NCBI GenBank assembly: GCA_943371005.1
Contig: CALRTB020000008.1
Coordinates: 22,836-46,835, forward strand
DNA from: Sphingobacterium thalpophilum
Lineage (GTDB): Bacteria > Cyanobacteriota > Cyanobacteriia > Cyanobacteriales > MRBY01
Direction of reading: 5' to 3'
Length of the DNA stretch: 24,000 nucleotides
Shown piece by piece: positions 1-7,275 of the stretch. Below the pieces are notes generated by a model. The model saw nothing but the letters and a program-made list of their open reading frames with translations, was not told the origin of the DNA and ran no database searches. The translations under genes were made by a program, and so were the position numbers. Position 1 is the first letter of the stretch. Every line of letters begins with the position of its first letter.

Positions 1-58
1 TGGGCCGCTAGCGTGACCCACTTCTTATTAAACTATTTCAGTTGCTGCCATCCAACAG

Positions 59-66
59 GCGATCGC
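59..66. repeat. HIP1 octamer GCGATCGC (representative copy of a window-wide dispersed motif)
   Basis: Further copies verified by position: 1557-1564, 2402-2409, 2531-2538, 3159-3166, 3189-3196, 4269-4276, 4575-4582, 13490-13497, 16172-16179 and 19868-19875. Many more are visible in coding and intergenic DNA. Confidence 0.9.
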
Positions 67-76
67 CGCCCCAGAT

Positions 77-2602
77 CTACAGCTTGACCGAAACAGGTTT
101 AGCACACCAGATTTCCTTTACATACTCATCAATGGTGCGGTCAGACGAAAATTTGCCCACCCGAGCCGCATTCAAGATCGACATCCGCGTCCACCGTTCC
201 GTCTCCGTGTAAGCATTCGCCACATCTTGTTGACGTTCGACGTAGGATTCATAATCCGCCAACAACAGATATTGATCGTCGTACAGCAGAGAATCCACAA
301 TCGGTTTAAACATTTCGGTGTCCCCATGGGAGAAATCACCCCGGGCAATGCGGTCAATGACGCCTTTGAGTTCTGCATTGTTGTTGTAATAATGCATCGG
401 GTCATAGCCACTGGCCTTGAGATGGGAGACTTCCTCCGCCGTGAGGCCAAAGAGGAAGAAATTATCAGCCCCCACTTCCTCCCGGATTTCGATATTGGCT
501 CCATCCAGCGTGCCAATGGTTAGAGCACCGTTCATCGCAAACTTCATGTTGCCAGTCCCAGAGGCTTCTTTCCCGGCGGTGGAAATCTGTTCCGAGAGGT
601 CTGCGGCCGGATAGATCTTCTGGCCGAGGGAAACATTAAAGTTCTCCATAAAGACCACCTTGAGACGATTGTGGGTATCGGGGTCATTGTTGACCACCTC
701 TGCCACGGCATTGACCAATTTAATGATCAATTTCGCCATGAAATAGCCCGGTGCGGCCTTACCACCGAAGATCATCGTCCGGGGCACCATATTGATCGCC
801 GGATTATGCTTGATGCGGTTGTAGAGGGTGATGATGAATAGTACATCCAGCAGTTGACGCTTGTATTCGTGGATGCGCTTCACTTGGATATCGAAAATTG
901 AGTCAGGATTAATCTCGATACCGTTGTGGTGCTCAATATAGCTGGCCAGCTTGACCTTATTTTGGTGCTTGATTTCGCGCCACTGACGACGGAACTCTGG
1001 ATCATCGACAAATTCTTCGATGCGTTGCACTTGTTCTAGGTTTTTGATCCAACCAGTGCCGATCTTGCTAGAAATTAGATTCGCGAGTTTGGGATTGCAT
1101 TGGCGGATCCAACGACGGGGCGTGACCCCATTAGTTTTGTTGTAGAATTTCTCCGGCCAAATGCGGGCAAATCCCTTGAGGGTGTCGGATTTCAGTAGCT
1201 CTGTATGGAGAGCAGCAACCCCATTGATCGCATGACTACCGACACAGGCCAAGTTCGCCATCCGGATCGATTTTTGGGGATATTCTTCGATGATTGACAG
1301 CTCTTGAATGAGATTATCCAGGTCATCGTGATCGGCGTACCAGGTTTTAAGATTTTCGATGAAGCGGAAATTGATTTCGTAAATAATCTCTAGATGACGG
1401 GGCAGGAGCTGCTCGAACATTTCCACGGGCCAACGCTCGAGGGCTTCGGGCATCAGGGTGTGGTTGGTATAGGCGAGGGTTTTTTGGGTGATATACCAAG
1501 CGCGATCCCAGGGGAGACTATGTTCATCGATAAAGAGGCGCATCAACTCAGCAACGGCGATCGCCGGGTGGGTATCGTTGAGTTGAACGGTGTAAAAATC
1601 AAAGAAATTATCCAGATTGGGCTGCTTCTTCAGGTGCGCCCGGATCATGTCTTGCAAAGAAGCGGACACAAAGAAAAATTGCTGTTCTAGGCGCAGTTGA
1701 CGTCCCTGGGGGGTGTTGTCATTGGGATAGAGCACCTTAGAAATATTTTCTGAGGAAATCTGGTTGGCAACTGCTCCGTCATAATCCCCGGCATTAAAGG
1801 CTTCGAAGTTGAATCCTTCATCTTCTGCGGCCATGGCACTCCAGAGGCGGAGCACATTGACGGTATTGTTGCTATAACCTGGTACTGGGGTATCGTAGGG
1901 TACTGCTTTAACACGACGGGCTGGCACCCAGACCGCACAAGGATAGCCTTTATCACAGTGGTAAATTTCGGTGTGGCCCCCAAAGGGAATTTCCAGGGCT
2001 TCAGCTTGGCGACAAATTTCCCAGGGGTTGCCGTTGCGGAGCCATTTGTCGGGCACTTCCACTTGCCAACCGTTGCGGATGTATTGGTGGAAAATACCAA
2101 ATTCGTAGCGAATCCCGTAGCCAATGGCCGGAATTTCGAGGCAGGCAAGGGAATCTAAAAAGCAAGCAGCAAGACGACCGAGGCCGCCATTGCCTAAGCC
2201 AGGATCTACTTCTTCTTCGAGAATATCTTCAAGTTTGATGTTGCTTTCGGCGAGCATCTCGGCGACGGTTTCGTAGATCCCGAGGCTAATGAGATTGTTG
2301 CCGAGGTACCGTCCCATCAAAAATTCTGCGGAAAGGTAGCAAACGGTTTTGGCACCGGTATTGATGTAGGTTTGCTCGGTTTTTTTCCACCGTTCTAACA
2401 GGCGATCGCGGACAACATTTGCGAGGGCAACATAATAATCACGTTGTTGGGCGGCATCTTTATCGCTGCCGGCGGAATAGAAAAGGTGATCGAAAAAAGC
2501 ACGGCGGAGACTTTCTTTGTCCATCCCAGTGCGATCGCCACTCCCCCCAAGGGAAGAGAGGCTATGGGAATTAGTCGCAGAGGTAGAAGGTTGTGTTTGC
2601 AC
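77..2602 (-). CDS. glgP: Glycogen (alpha-glucan) phosphorylase, GT35 family
   Basis: 841-aa ORF with full-length phosphorylase architecture. It has the PLP-lysine motif EASGTGNMKFAMNG and the GLGNGGLGRLAACFLDS signature. The GTG start at 2602 has AGGAG about 12 nt upstream. An alternative ATG (M27) lies at 2524. Confidence 0.95.
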   Translation of the reverse strand: MQTQPSTSATNSHSLSSLGGSGDRTGMDKESLRRAFFDHLFYSAGSDKDAAQQRDYYVALANVVRDRLLERWKKTEQTYINTGAKTVCYLSAEFLMGRYLGNNLISLGIYETVAEMLAESNIKLEDILEEEVDPGLGNGGLGRLAACFLDSLACLEIPAIGYGIRYEFGIFHQYIRNGWQVEVPDKWLRNGNPWEICRQAEALEIPFGGHTEIYHCDKGYPCAVWVPARRVKAVPYDTPVPGYSNNTVNVLRLWSAMAAEDEGFNFEAFNAGDYDGAVANQISSENISKVLYPNDNTPQGRQLRLEQQFFFVSASLQDMIRAHLKKQPNLDNFFDFYTVQLNDTHPAIAVAELMRLFIDEHSLPWDRAWYITQKTLAYTNHTLMPEALERWPVEMFEQLLPRHLEIIYEINFRFIENLKTWYADHDDLDNLIQELSIIEEYPQKSIRMANLACVGSHAINGVAALHTELLKSDTLKGFARIWPEKFYNKTNGVTPRRWIRQCNPKLANLISSKIGTGWIKNLEQVQRIEEFVDDPEFRRQWREIKHQNKVKLASYIEHHNGIEINPDSIFDIQVKRIHEYKRQLLDVLFIITLYNRIKHNPAINMVPRTMIFGGKAAPGYFMAKLIIKLVNAVAEVVNNDPDTHNRLKVVFMENFNVSLGQKIYPAADLSEQISTAGKEASGTGNMKFAMNGALTIGTLDGANIEIREEVGADNFFLFGLTAEEVSHLKASGYDPMHYYNNNAELKGVIDRIARGDFSHGDTEMFKPIVDSLLYDDQYLLLADYESYVERQQDVANAYTETERWTRMSILNAARVGKFSSDRTIDEYVKEIWCAKPVSVKL

Positions 2603-2698
2603 AGTAAGTTATCACTCCTAACAAAATAAACGAGGGTCGCGGGTTTGTAGCATTGCAGTGGTAGGGACGCTCCCGTAGTCTGACAACGCGCATGATTC

Positions 2699-2768
2699 AG
2701 TCAATGATTTTAGTGAATAGTCAATGGTGAAAATTTCTGTACTGCTACGGCCCACCGTTGTACTGCTA
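2699..2768. repeat. Two pairs of phased short direct repeats upstream of glgP
   Basis: AGTCAATG occurs at 2699-2706 and 2719-2726. TGTACTGCTA occurs at 2738-2747 and 2759-2768. Successive repeat starts are spaced 20, 19 and 21 bp, and the block lies 97-166 bp upstream of the glgP GTG. Confidence 0.5.
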
Positions 2769-2900
2769 TTTTGCAGTCTGTCCTTATAATCATGCAAAAG
2801 AATCGTTAATAGAACATGACATTATCAGGACTTATAAATTTCTTTAGCGAAAGATGTCGAAATGTTCTGGGGAACGGATATCGTAAAACGTTCTTAGCTT

Positions 2901-3113
2901 TTAATCAACGGCCCACCAACCGAAGCCAGGGCCAATGATCCGAACGGTAACCCACAGTACGACCATGAGCCCAATGCCAATCCAGGCACCTTTTGTGGTC
3001 AGATTGTAAGCTTGTTCTGCTTGGGTTTTGGTGAGGGGTAACCAGGGGTAAATGCGCTGTTCTTTACCATAGTTTTCCCCCATGGATTTCTTGCGGCGCT
3101 TTGCTTCTCCCAT
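2901..3113 (-). CDS. Small conserved cyanobacterial membrane protein (DUF2839-like; family name from memory)
   Basis: 70-aa ORF with a basic N-terminus (MGEAKRRKKSMGENYG) and one C-terminal hydrophobic helix (AWIGIGLMVVLWVTVRIIGPGFGWW). Codon usage matches the neighbouring genes. Confidence 0.6.
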   Translation of the reverse strand: MGEAKRRKKSMGENYGKEQRIYPWLPLTKTQAEQAYNLTTKGAWIGIGLMVVLWVTVRIIGPGFGWWAVD

Positions 3114-3222
3114 TGTCTTCTTGTCCTAACTGTTTAAATTGCTCGCATTGTGGGTACTGCGATCGCCATCATATCAAAGTGGCCCTCGGCGATCGCTTCT
3201 ACAGAAACCAATTTAAAGCAAC

Positions 3223-3855
3223 TTAATCAATTAAGGCCTTCAACAGTACTTCCGGTAAAGACATGGCCGTCATCTCATCAATGGTGATGGTATCGACAAT
3301 ATCAAACTTTGCCCCGGCCTGACCCAATTGATCATCGAGGGCTTTGAGATAGGCCTTGGCCTTGCGGTCTTGGCCCACTTGAATCAGCGAGATACCAATT
3401 TCTTCATCCCGTTCAATTTTATTGGCGGCATCGATAATCACCCGCATCACGGCTTTACTGTCGTCCGGTTCCCCATCGGTAATCACTAAAAATGTTTCGC
3501 CGTTGGGTTTAGCTTCCCCCCGTTCTTTCCGTTGGAAGTAGTTATCGAGGGCATCTTGTAAAACGGCTGCCAAGTCCGTCCGCCCCATGGGCTCATTTTC
3601 AGCGTAAACTTGGGTCACTTTATCGGCAGTAACGTTGTCATAACGCCGGAACCGTCCCGAAAATAGGTAAACCGTAATGCCATCGGGGTCAATTTTTTCG
3701 CAGGTTTGGGCAAGGGCGAGGGTAGAGTCTTGGGCTGCATCCCAACGGGTTTTGTCAGAGGTGGGCAGATCGCAGGTGTACATACTGCCGCTTTTATCAA
3801 TGATGAGGGTGTAGTCGCGATTTTCGACTAAGGAAATTTCTGAAAGATCTACCAT
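3223..3855 (-). CDS. von Willebrand factor A domain protein (TerY / vWA-TerF-C-like)
   Basis: 210 aa. It has the MIDAS motif DKSGSM (DxSxS) with a downstream ITDGEPDD. The C-terminal FDIVDT..IDEM..LPEVLL tail resembles the vWA found at the TerF C-terminus. GGAGA lies 7 nt upstream of the ATG. Confidence 0.8.
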   Translation of the reverse strand: MVDLSEISLVENRDYTLIIDKSGSMYTCDLPTSDKTRWDAAQDSTLALAQTCEKIDPDGITVYLFSGRFRRYDNVTADKVTQVYAENEPMGRTDLAAVLQDALDNYFQRKERGEAKPNGETFLVITDGEPDDSKAVMRVIIDAANKIERDEEIGISLIQVGQDRKAKAYLKALDDQLGQAGAKFDIVDTITIDEMTAMSLPEVLLKALID

Positions 3856-4065
3856 GGGCCTTCTCCGTCACAGGTGGGGTTTTGGGATTCCCCTTGCTTT
3901 AGCCTAGCGAATTTCTCCAAAAAAAACGGGCTCAGTAACAATAGTTTTTGGACATTTCACAACAAATAAAGTCTGGTTAAAATGAGCCTAAAATTGTTTC
4001 TTTTTTGTTAAAAATTGCGTTTTATTGACTCGTTCTCGCACAAAAGGTTTTTTAATCTTTCTTTT

Positions 4066-4090
4066 TCAAAAAATCCAGAGCATTTGCTCC
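4066..4090 (-). terminator. Weak candidate intrinsic terminator after mtnC
   Basis: On the minus strand, GGAGC-AAAU-GCUCU forms a 5-bp stem that includes one G-U pair. It is followed by GGAUUUUUUG and sits immediately after the mtnC stop. Confidence 0.3.
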
Positions 4091-4093
4091 TTT

Positions 4094-4780
4094 TTAACGT
4101 AGGCGTGTAATTGCGCTGAAGTCGGCAACTTGCTGGTGGGTCGGGGAAGCGGTTGTGCCGGGGCGGACGAGTTGTAGGGTTTGGTATCCGGCTTGGGTTG
4201 CCGCATCTAGTTCAGCAGGGACATCCGATAGAAATAGGATTGTCTCAGGGGAAAGTTGCACAGCCTGGGCGATCGCCTGGTAGGATTGCACATCTCGTTT
4301 TTGGCCGACCTTGAGATCAAAGAAGTAATCGAAGTAGCCTGTGAGATCGCCATAGTCAGAGTAACCGAACAGCAGTTTCTGGGCCTTTACCGAGCCAGAG
4401 GAATAAATGCCCAACTGGATGCCCTCTTTTTGCCACTCTTTTAGTTTGGGCAATACATCTGGATAAACATGACCCCGGAAATCCCCTTTCTTATAACCCT
4501 CTTCCCACAAAAAACCTTGCATTGCTTTGAGGGGCGCAACTTTGCGGTCTGCCATTGACCATTGATGTAAGGCGGCGATCGCCCCAGCTTGATCCAGAGA
4601 TTCTCCGGTTTCCGCGAAGGCTAAATCTTGCACCTGCTTGAGAATTACCGCAATTTCTGGTTCCTCGGCGCGGGTGACGATGCTTTGGATATTGTCCCGG
4701 AAGTAGGGAAATAACACATCAAAGACAAAACTCACAGAAGTCGTTGTGCCCTCAATGTCCATCAAGACAAACTGAATCAT
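4094..4780 (-). CDS. mtnC: Enolase-phosphatase E1 (2,3-diketo-5-methylthio-1-phosphopentane phosphatase), HAD superfamily
   Basis: 228 aa with HAD motif I LMDIEGTTTS and overall MtnC-like sequence. The start overlaps the mtnD stop in an ATGA at 4777-4780. Confidence 0.85.
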   Translation of the reverse strand: MIQFVLMDIEGTTTSVSFVFDVLFPYFRDNIQSIVTRAEEPEIAVILKQVQDLAFAETGESLDQAGAIAALHQWSMADRKVAPLKAMQGFLWEEGYKKGDFRGHVYPDVLPKLKEWQKEGIQLGIYSSGSVKAQKLLFGYSDYGDLTGYFDYFFDLKVGQKRDVQSYQAIAQAVQLSPETILFLSDVPAELDAATQAGYQTLQLVRPGTTASPTHQQVADFSAITRLR

Positions 4781-5307
4781 AGGGTGATGTCACGATATTG
4801 CTGTTCAACTTGGGAGCCAGTGTAGTGGGGCGTCCAACCGGCGGTGTCCGAGAAAATGCGGATTGCTTTGACATTAGGCACTGGCCCTGCATCAAACCAG
4901 TGCTTAGTGCCCTGGGGGACAGAGATTAAATCACCAGCCTCGCAACAAACATTGAATACGGCTGTACCGTCGAGGTTAAACCAAAACAGACCCTGACCAG
5001 CGACGAAAAAGCGCACTTCATCTTCGGAGTGGGTATGTTCTGCGAGAAATTTTTCCCGGATCGCCGGGTAGTTTTCAATGCCACTATGAATATTCACCAC
5101 ATCAGCGCTTTGGTAACCATTAGCCACCATAAAAGGATCAAGCACATCGGCATAGGCGGCGAGAATTTCTTCCTGGGAGGCATCTTGGGCTAGTTGTGCT
5201 GGCGTTTCCCATTGGTCAAACCAAATACCATGGCCCTTTAAAAAGTCTTTGATCGTAGCGGTATCGGTCAAGGTTTGTTTCGATTCGGTCTGATATAACG
5301 TCGTCAT
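4777..5307 (-). CDS. mtnD: Acireductone dioxygenase (ARD, cupin)
   Basis: 176 aa with the cupin metal motif EHTHSEDEVRFF (H-x-H-x3-E) and a later GTKHWF. It is flanked by mtnB and mtnC, with a 4-nt ATGA overlap on each side. Confidence 0.85.
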   Translation of the reverse strand: MTTLYQTESKQTLTDTATIKDFLKGHGIWFDQWETPAQLAQDASQEEILAAYADVLDPFMVANGYQSADVVNIHSGIENYPAIREKFLAEHTHSEDEVRFFVAGQGLFWFNLDGTAVFNVCCEAGDLISVPQGTKHWFDAGPVPNVKAIRIFSDTAGWTPHYTGSQVEQQYRDITL

Positions 5308-5942
5308 CGGGCAGCCAAGGGGGGCGTAATTTTCAATTGCTCAAGCTCGCATTCTAACATGAACTCCCAGACCTCCAGATGACGCTTGGCGATCGCCATT
5401 GTTTCCCCCCAGGCATAGAGGCCATGTTTCGCGATCAAAAAGCCGTAATTATTTAACTCTTCTTGTCGCTGGGCGAGTTGTTGACAGAAGGCTTTCATGT
5501 CCTGGTCATTGGCAAAAATTGGTAAGGCGATCGCCGTTTCGTGGGTTGTCTGACCCGCAATTCCCTTAATCACCTCATAGCCCCTAAAAGTCACAGCCTG
5601 TTTCGGAGCAAACATCTCAGACAAGAGGGTTGCCGCCACTGAATGAGTATGCAACACACAGGTGATCCCCGGAAAATTTTGGTAAATAAAGCAGTGAATT
5701 AACGTTTCCGCCGAAGGCTTAATCCCTTCGTAGGGGGGCAGAGGCAGACCAGCTGAATCTACCGCCATAAAATCTTCCGGTTGAAATTGAGATTTATCAA
5801 CACCACTGCGGGAGACAAAAATCACTTGATCTTCGCCTAAAAACGAATAATTCGTTGAAGTGGCCGGGGATTTTCCCTGGTGATGGAGTTGCCGCACCAC
5901 AGCACATAGCCTTTCTTTTTGGGTCTGATGATCTAAAGACAT
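5304..5942 (-). CDS. mtnB: Methylthioribulose-1-phosphate dehydratase (class II aldolase/adducin fold)
   Basis: 212 aa with the zinc-His motif VLHTHSVAA and class II aldolase-like sequence. It is the first gene of the coupled mtnB-D-C set. Confidence 0.85.
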   Translation of the reverse strand: MSLDHQTQKERLCAVVRQLHHQGKSPATSTNYSFLGEDQVIFVSRSGVDKSQFQPEDFMAVDSAGLPLPPYEGIKPSAETLIHCFIYQNFPGITCVLHTHSVAATLLSEMFAPKQAVTFRGYEVIKGIAGQTTHETAIALPIFANDQDMKAFCQQLAQRQEELNNYGFLIAKHGLYAWGETMAIAKRHLEVWEFMLECELEQLKITPPLAAR

Positions 5943-6013
5943 TTGGGCACAAGTAAAGCAGAAAAAATAAAAGCAAATCTTAATATTTTACTAATTGATG
6001 CCCTGGTTATCGA

Positions 6014-6070
6014 AACATTTCTGGCCACAACTAGGACTTTATCTTTTTCATTGGAACTTTCTGGCCAAAA
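6014..6070. repeat. Direct repeat AAC(A)TTTCTGGCCA(C/A)AA x2, 40 bp apart, in the mtnB upstream region
   Basis: TTTCTGGCCA occurs at 6018-6027 and again at 6058-6067, with matching flanks AAC and AA. Each copy contains the TGGCCA palindrome. Confidence 0.6.
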
Positions 6071-6237
6071 TACCATTGCAGATAAGTGTTTTTACTCAAT
6101 TTTTAGTTACTTTCTTTGTTAATTGATGTTGCAATTTTAACCATTCATTCTCATAAATCGTTTAAAACCAGAACATGATGCTGACTACAATCAGTCATCT
6201 TTAGCTAAAAACAGAAATAAAGATAAAAAAACGATTA

Positions 6238-6561
6238 ATGATGGATAACGAAATTAAAAAATACCGGATGGTTTGCACCCTGACCTTTGGCGATATTTAT
6301 GGGCAAATTATTGTTTGGCTAATTGTCATTTTCCTTAGCCTTGCAACGACCCTCGCTCTCTGGAGTGCAACCCGGCAAGTTTATGCCCTGGCCACCGTCG
6401 CCCTTGTCGTTGTCTTATCTTTACCCTTTCTCTTGTTTGCCTTTGTGACAACGTTGCTCAATCACATCGAATTCGTACCCATGGGCGAAGCTGAATCTTC
6501 TAAAACTTTCTCAAACCGTCGCACATCTTCCTCTTCTACGAACCCGGCAACGGCAAGCTAG
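6238..6561 (+). CDS. Hypothetical 2-TM membrane protein
   Basis: 107 aa with two long hydrophobic segments (IIVWLIVIFLSLATTLALW and ALATVALVVVLSLPFLLFAFVTTLL) and a Ser/Thr-rich tail. Codon usage is host-like. I recognise no family. Confidence 0.5.
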   Translation: MMDNEIKKYRMVCTLTFGDIYGQIIVWLIVIFLSLATTLALWSATRQVYALATVALVVVLSLPFLLFAFVTTLLNHIEFVPMGEAESSKTFSNRRTSSSSTNPATAS

Positions 6562-6641
6562 GGATCAATTGCAAAGGCAATCGTGGTTGCAAACTTTTAT
6601 TTAGTTAGTAAAAGAAAAAATTCTGGGGCTTCCGGGGAGAC

Positions 6642-7106
6642 TTAATAGAATGACGGTACAGAATCTAGGGAGATCACTGGGGCGCTACTGAAGCGTTTAC
6701 TTAAGCGTAATTGATTACCGGTGGCGTTCCAATGGACTTGATCGAAAATCTGATAGAGCAAACAGAGGCCGCGACCGCATTCATCTTCTTCGGGGGGGAG
6801 GAGATCCTCATCTAATTGACAACATTGAGCCTGACGGTCAAATCCCTTGCCCTCGTCGGTGATGATCCAAGAGCATTGTTCTGCCCCCATGTAGAAATGA
6901 ACAATGACTTTTTTGCTGGGATCTAGTCGATTACCATGTTTGGCCGCATTAATTAGCGCTTCCTGAAGGCCGAGCTGGACTTCATAGCGCCAGTCACTGG
7001 GAATACGGTCTAGGAGAAGATCGAGAATCGGGACTAGGTATAGGGTAGAGGCAAAACTGAGGGTCGTCCAATGGGATTTTAGCGGCGGCAATGAAATCGC
7101 GATCAC
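6642..7106 (-). CDS. Anti-sigma regulatory factor-type Ser/Thr kinase (HATPase_c only; RsbW/SpoIIAB-like)
   Basis: 154 aa with N-box EALINAAKHGN, G1 box ITDEGKGFD and a G2-like CGRGL. No STAS or sigma partner gene lies adjacent. Confidence 0.75.
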   Translation of the reverse strand: MIAISLPPLKSHWTTLSFASTLYLVPILDLLLDRIPSDWRYEVQLGLQEALINAAKHGNRLDPSKKVIVHFYMGAEQCSWIITDEGKGFDRQAQCCQLDEDLLPPEEDECGRGLCLLYQIFDQVHWNATGNQLRLSKRFSSAPVISLDSVPSFY

Positions 7107-7260
7107 AGTTAATGCTCCTTTGGGGATGTGCGCAGGGATGAACGGGGAAAACTGGGCTCAGCGGGTCGGTTTATGGCATCAACCCAAAAAGTAGCGGTCA
7201 CAACATAGTTTGTTTGCCTGTAGGGAATCCCGAACGATCTTGTCGTGGTTTCTGCCTTGT

Positions 7261-7266
7261 ATTATA
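7261..7266 (-). promoter_or_regulatory. Candidate -10 box (perfect TATAAT) for the RsbW-like kinase gene
   Basis: The minus strand reads TTTTTTGTATAATAC just downstream of the rlmD stop (7276), about 155 nt upstream of the kinase ATG. The -35 region is poor (TTCGTG). Confidence 0.3.
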
Positions 7267-7275
7267 CAAAAAATT

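Noticed and set aside
172-2629. Multiple ORF-track entries overlapping glgP on either strand (172-516, 227-523, 417-614, 1394-1690, 1687-2148, 1958-2158, 2444-2629).
   Set aside because: All lie inside or antisense to a full-length, strongly recognisable glycogen phosphorylase. Their translations are low-complexity or odd in composition, with no motifs. These are typical shadow ORFs.
2724-2789. A 21-codon hydrophobic mini-ORF (MVKISVLLRPTVVLLFCSLSL) on the plus strand, covering the TGTACTGCTA repeats and ending in a plus-strand TATAAT.
   Set aside because: It has no ribosome-binding site and points away from any gene. The repeated VLL simply reflects the DNA repeat. It is treated as a DNA-level feature instead.
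5933-6076. A 47-codon minus-strand ORF upstream of and overlapping the mtnB start.
   Set aside because: It has no Shine-Dalgarno sequence and an unremarkable sequence. It is mentioned under the spacer finding as testable but is not called as a gene.
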